The translations under genes and the position numbers were made by a program. 64,000 bases of DNA, from NCBI RefSeq assembly GCF_003704095.1, contig NW_020846063.1, positions 124,001 to 188,000 of the forward strand, read 5' to 3'. The notes beneath the pieces were generated by a model, which ran no database searches, was not told where the DNA came from, and was given only the letters and a program-made list of their open reading frames with translations. Of this stretch, positions 61,270 to 64,000 are shown one piece after another. The stretch comes from Pocillopora damicornis. Lineage: Eukaryota. How positions within the stretch are numbered: position 1 is the stretch's first letter; each line of letters starts with the position of its first letter.

Positions 61270-63480
61270 TAAAACATTTTTTTAATGTACACGGAAAAAC
61301 GTGACATTCCAGTCATATTTATACACCTACACCACGTATTTCTAAACCGAGCACGCTTTTTTTATCCTCACGTGAGAGGCCAAGTGTGACCAGTGCACGA
61401 AGTTACATAACGGCTCGCGAGCCTTGAAAAATTAGCATAAATTTTTCAATGTTTTCTTTCTTAAATTCGTTTCAACTTTTTCCCGGTCCAAGCCATCCAT
61501 GTTCCTTCTCAAACTTACTATTTCCTCTTTTTCACTGCCATTACCTTAACAGATTTACTTTACTACAGATTGCATACGATTCCACCTCGTGGCAAGCAAG
61601 ACACATAACTTTGTGGCCACATAGCGGATATGACACGAGAAAACCCACAAAAAAAGGACTTGTACTTAAAAAAATGGTCACAGTTTGGCGAGGAAATTCG
61701 TCGAAATCTTCAGGTGAAAACCTGGTTATTGATGGAAATTTAATTACCTAATTCACGAGTCACTTTTGGATAAGAAACAAACATACCAAAACGAAAAACT
61801 GCACCTTTAAGAAAAGATGCTGGTTTGAAATGAGTCTTTGACGGACGCAAGAAGTTTCGCCCCCAATCATTGTATGTAAGTAAAATGACTTTGATACTTA
61901 TCCTCATTAACCATCATTTTATTACCCAAATATCCATTTAAGGGTAATAAAACTCATATTGATATGTTTTCTTGAGATCTCAGCATTGTTGCTCGCTGAA
62001 ATTTTACAGAAATTAAAATTCATATTTTAGCAAGAAAGGCATGGACCTCATCTCCGGCCTTTTATTTGCTTAGAGGCTTACTTAAAATTTTCATTCAAAT
62101 TTGCATGTTTTTTAGAAGCCGTCGCCTGGAGCTGATGAAAGTAGATGTGGATTCTTTTTCTTAAAACACACACAACACCAAATTGACAATATTTCAGAAC
62201 ATTTATCAAATTTTTGGTCGTAATGAGCAGGAAGTTACAGAACAACTCGAATGAAATTGTAGGTTTGGCGCAGAAAAAAGAGAGAAGTTTTCAGTTGAAT
62301 GTTCAAGCAAATGAGCATTGAAGGATTTTATTGCATCATAATGTTTCAAGTGTTTAAGTTATTTTTCGTTATTTGCAACCTTCAAGAATATCTACAACTT
62401 GGTTAATAAAGGTTACAAATCATAAGTTAACGATGCGAATCAATGTAAAATATACAATGATAAACTACTAAAAAGGCACACTCAGTGCAATGGAGACTAT
62501 AGAAGCAAAGGGAAACCACGTCCTCGGAAACTATTTGCTGACTCCGAGTTGTCAAGACCCAAAAACTGTGACGGGGTACTATTCTTTCCCTGTGTTTCGT
62601 TTTTTCCTGTTTGACTTCGAAACGAAGTGAATCGTGTAAATGATAACTTGTAATAATAAAATTAGCAACTATTTACCTTAACGTGATGGACCGCGGTTGA
62701 TTTCGTATCCTTGCATCGTTCATGGTCAACCAGGCACGTTTAACGTCCTTACGTTTGCTCTTTATGCCGTATTGTTGACACATGAAGAAGTGTTTGATAA
62801 CAGAAAGATAAAAAAAACGGTTAAGCTATCTACCGGATTGTACTCTATGTCTAATTTGCAAGAACAGAGGCTTTTCGGGCGAGGAAAACTATAGTTTTCG
62901 AACAAAAGAATGATCTCTAATAAGTCCATACTACCAATGCCGATAACAATCTTCTTGACCGTGTCCTCATCGACGCAAAATTAACCCTCTACACCTTAAC
63001 ATCAGTATGCGTATTCTCTATACTGTTTTCTATACATTTTCCAAGGCGCTGACAAGGAGAACTTATTTAACGACCAAGAGCCTGTTGGTGATCATTTCCT
63101 GTATTTTCGGGACCTTAATGTTTGATTCAAAGATAACAATGAAAGGAGAATTTAGATGCTGATCACTCTTGGGGGTTTAAAGTTTAACTCAGACCAAGCA
63201 TCATCATGTATTGACGACGGCATATTCTAGACGTTAAATAGTTCATTTATTCCCAAGTTATGAATAAAAACACTCCATAGTATTGTTGAAATGTATATTT
63301 CCTATCATTTTGTCTCTGAGAATTTGCAGTTAAACCCCTCACTGATATTTTCCTTTTGCTCATCTCTTTTATGCTTAACAATGTATTGGCATTATGAAGA
63401 GAAATTACAAAATGATCTCTCCTAGGAGTGAATGAAGTTAGTAAATACGCATCTCTGAAGTTAATAAAAAAATTAAAATT
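61270..63480 (-). repeat. Segmental duplicate arm B (inverted copy of 55273-57180 with extra insertions)
   Basis: Reverse-complement identity with arm A; arm-specific inserts at ~62030-62210 and ~62290-62530. Confidence 0.9.
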
Positions 63481-63590
63481 AAAAAAAACTCCGAGAAACC
63501 TTTTAATTTTATATTTGACGGGAGTTGTTTCTAGGTAGCTCTTGGATGATAAGAAAATTCTAAACAGCGGTAACATTTCCTTTCTTTTTT

Positions 63591-63799
63591 AGGGACCTGT
63601 CATTATTTTTCGCCGAAGGAGAGAGGGGGCTGGGGATTTTTTTCAGGGATCACATGACTTCCAGGGGAATGGAGGGGAGTTCACTCACCGCTAACTGAGT
63701 AAAAGCGGGTACTGGGTACTATAGAAAATTGACTGCCAGGGAGGGGGATGAGGGGAAGAAGGGGGTTAGATTAGGCGCGATAAATAATGACAGTTTCCT
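63591..63799. mobile_element. MITE, probably PIF/Harbinger-type
   Basis: (TT)AGGGACCTGTCATTATTTTTCGC ... GCGATAAATAATGACAGTTTCCT(TA) TIRs in a TTA context. Confidence 0.7.
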
Positions 63800-64000
63800 T
63801 ATTGATGCTTTATCGAAGATCTTTTAAAATTGGTATTTCTTTAGATATCAGTGTTACGTTCAGATCATGCTGATGGTCTTCAGAACCATTGATAAAAATG
63901 TACCCCATCTCTTTCATCAATGGTGCACAGGCCTCCTCGACCAGAGAAACGAGTGAGGGATCTCGGACGAGCCTCCAGTAACTTATACGGTTTTCGTTAT

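Overview
AT-rich animal genomic scaffold with GT-AG introns and four N-gaps (12626-12725, 36444-36572, 53274-53373, 58152-58251). Gene content and repeat families point to an anthozoan, probably a stony coral (inference). No prokaryotic features, rRNA, true tRNA or CRISPR were seen. Genes reconstructed by hand from splice sites and reading phase: profilin (-, runs off the left edge); a 200-aa stand-alone DOMON protein (-); three single-coding-exon class A GPCRs; a secreted PAN/apple-EGF-fibrinogen-like protein (-); a 799-aa multi-pass membrane patatin/cPLA2-type phospholipase with bacterial-style motifs (-); an 8-exon anion-selective Cys-loop receptor subunit (+); and pieces of two SLC16/MCT transporter paralogues, where the contig between the last two gaps looks mis-oriented. 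Intergenic DNA holds TTAA-flanked MITEs, other MITEs, L2/CR1 3' ends, tRNA-derived SINE-like elements, and palindromic Penelope-type relics with hammerhead-ribozyme cores. The best candidates for novel biology are the membrane patatin-like enzyme, the palindromic hammerhead elements and the atypical aminergic-like GPCR.
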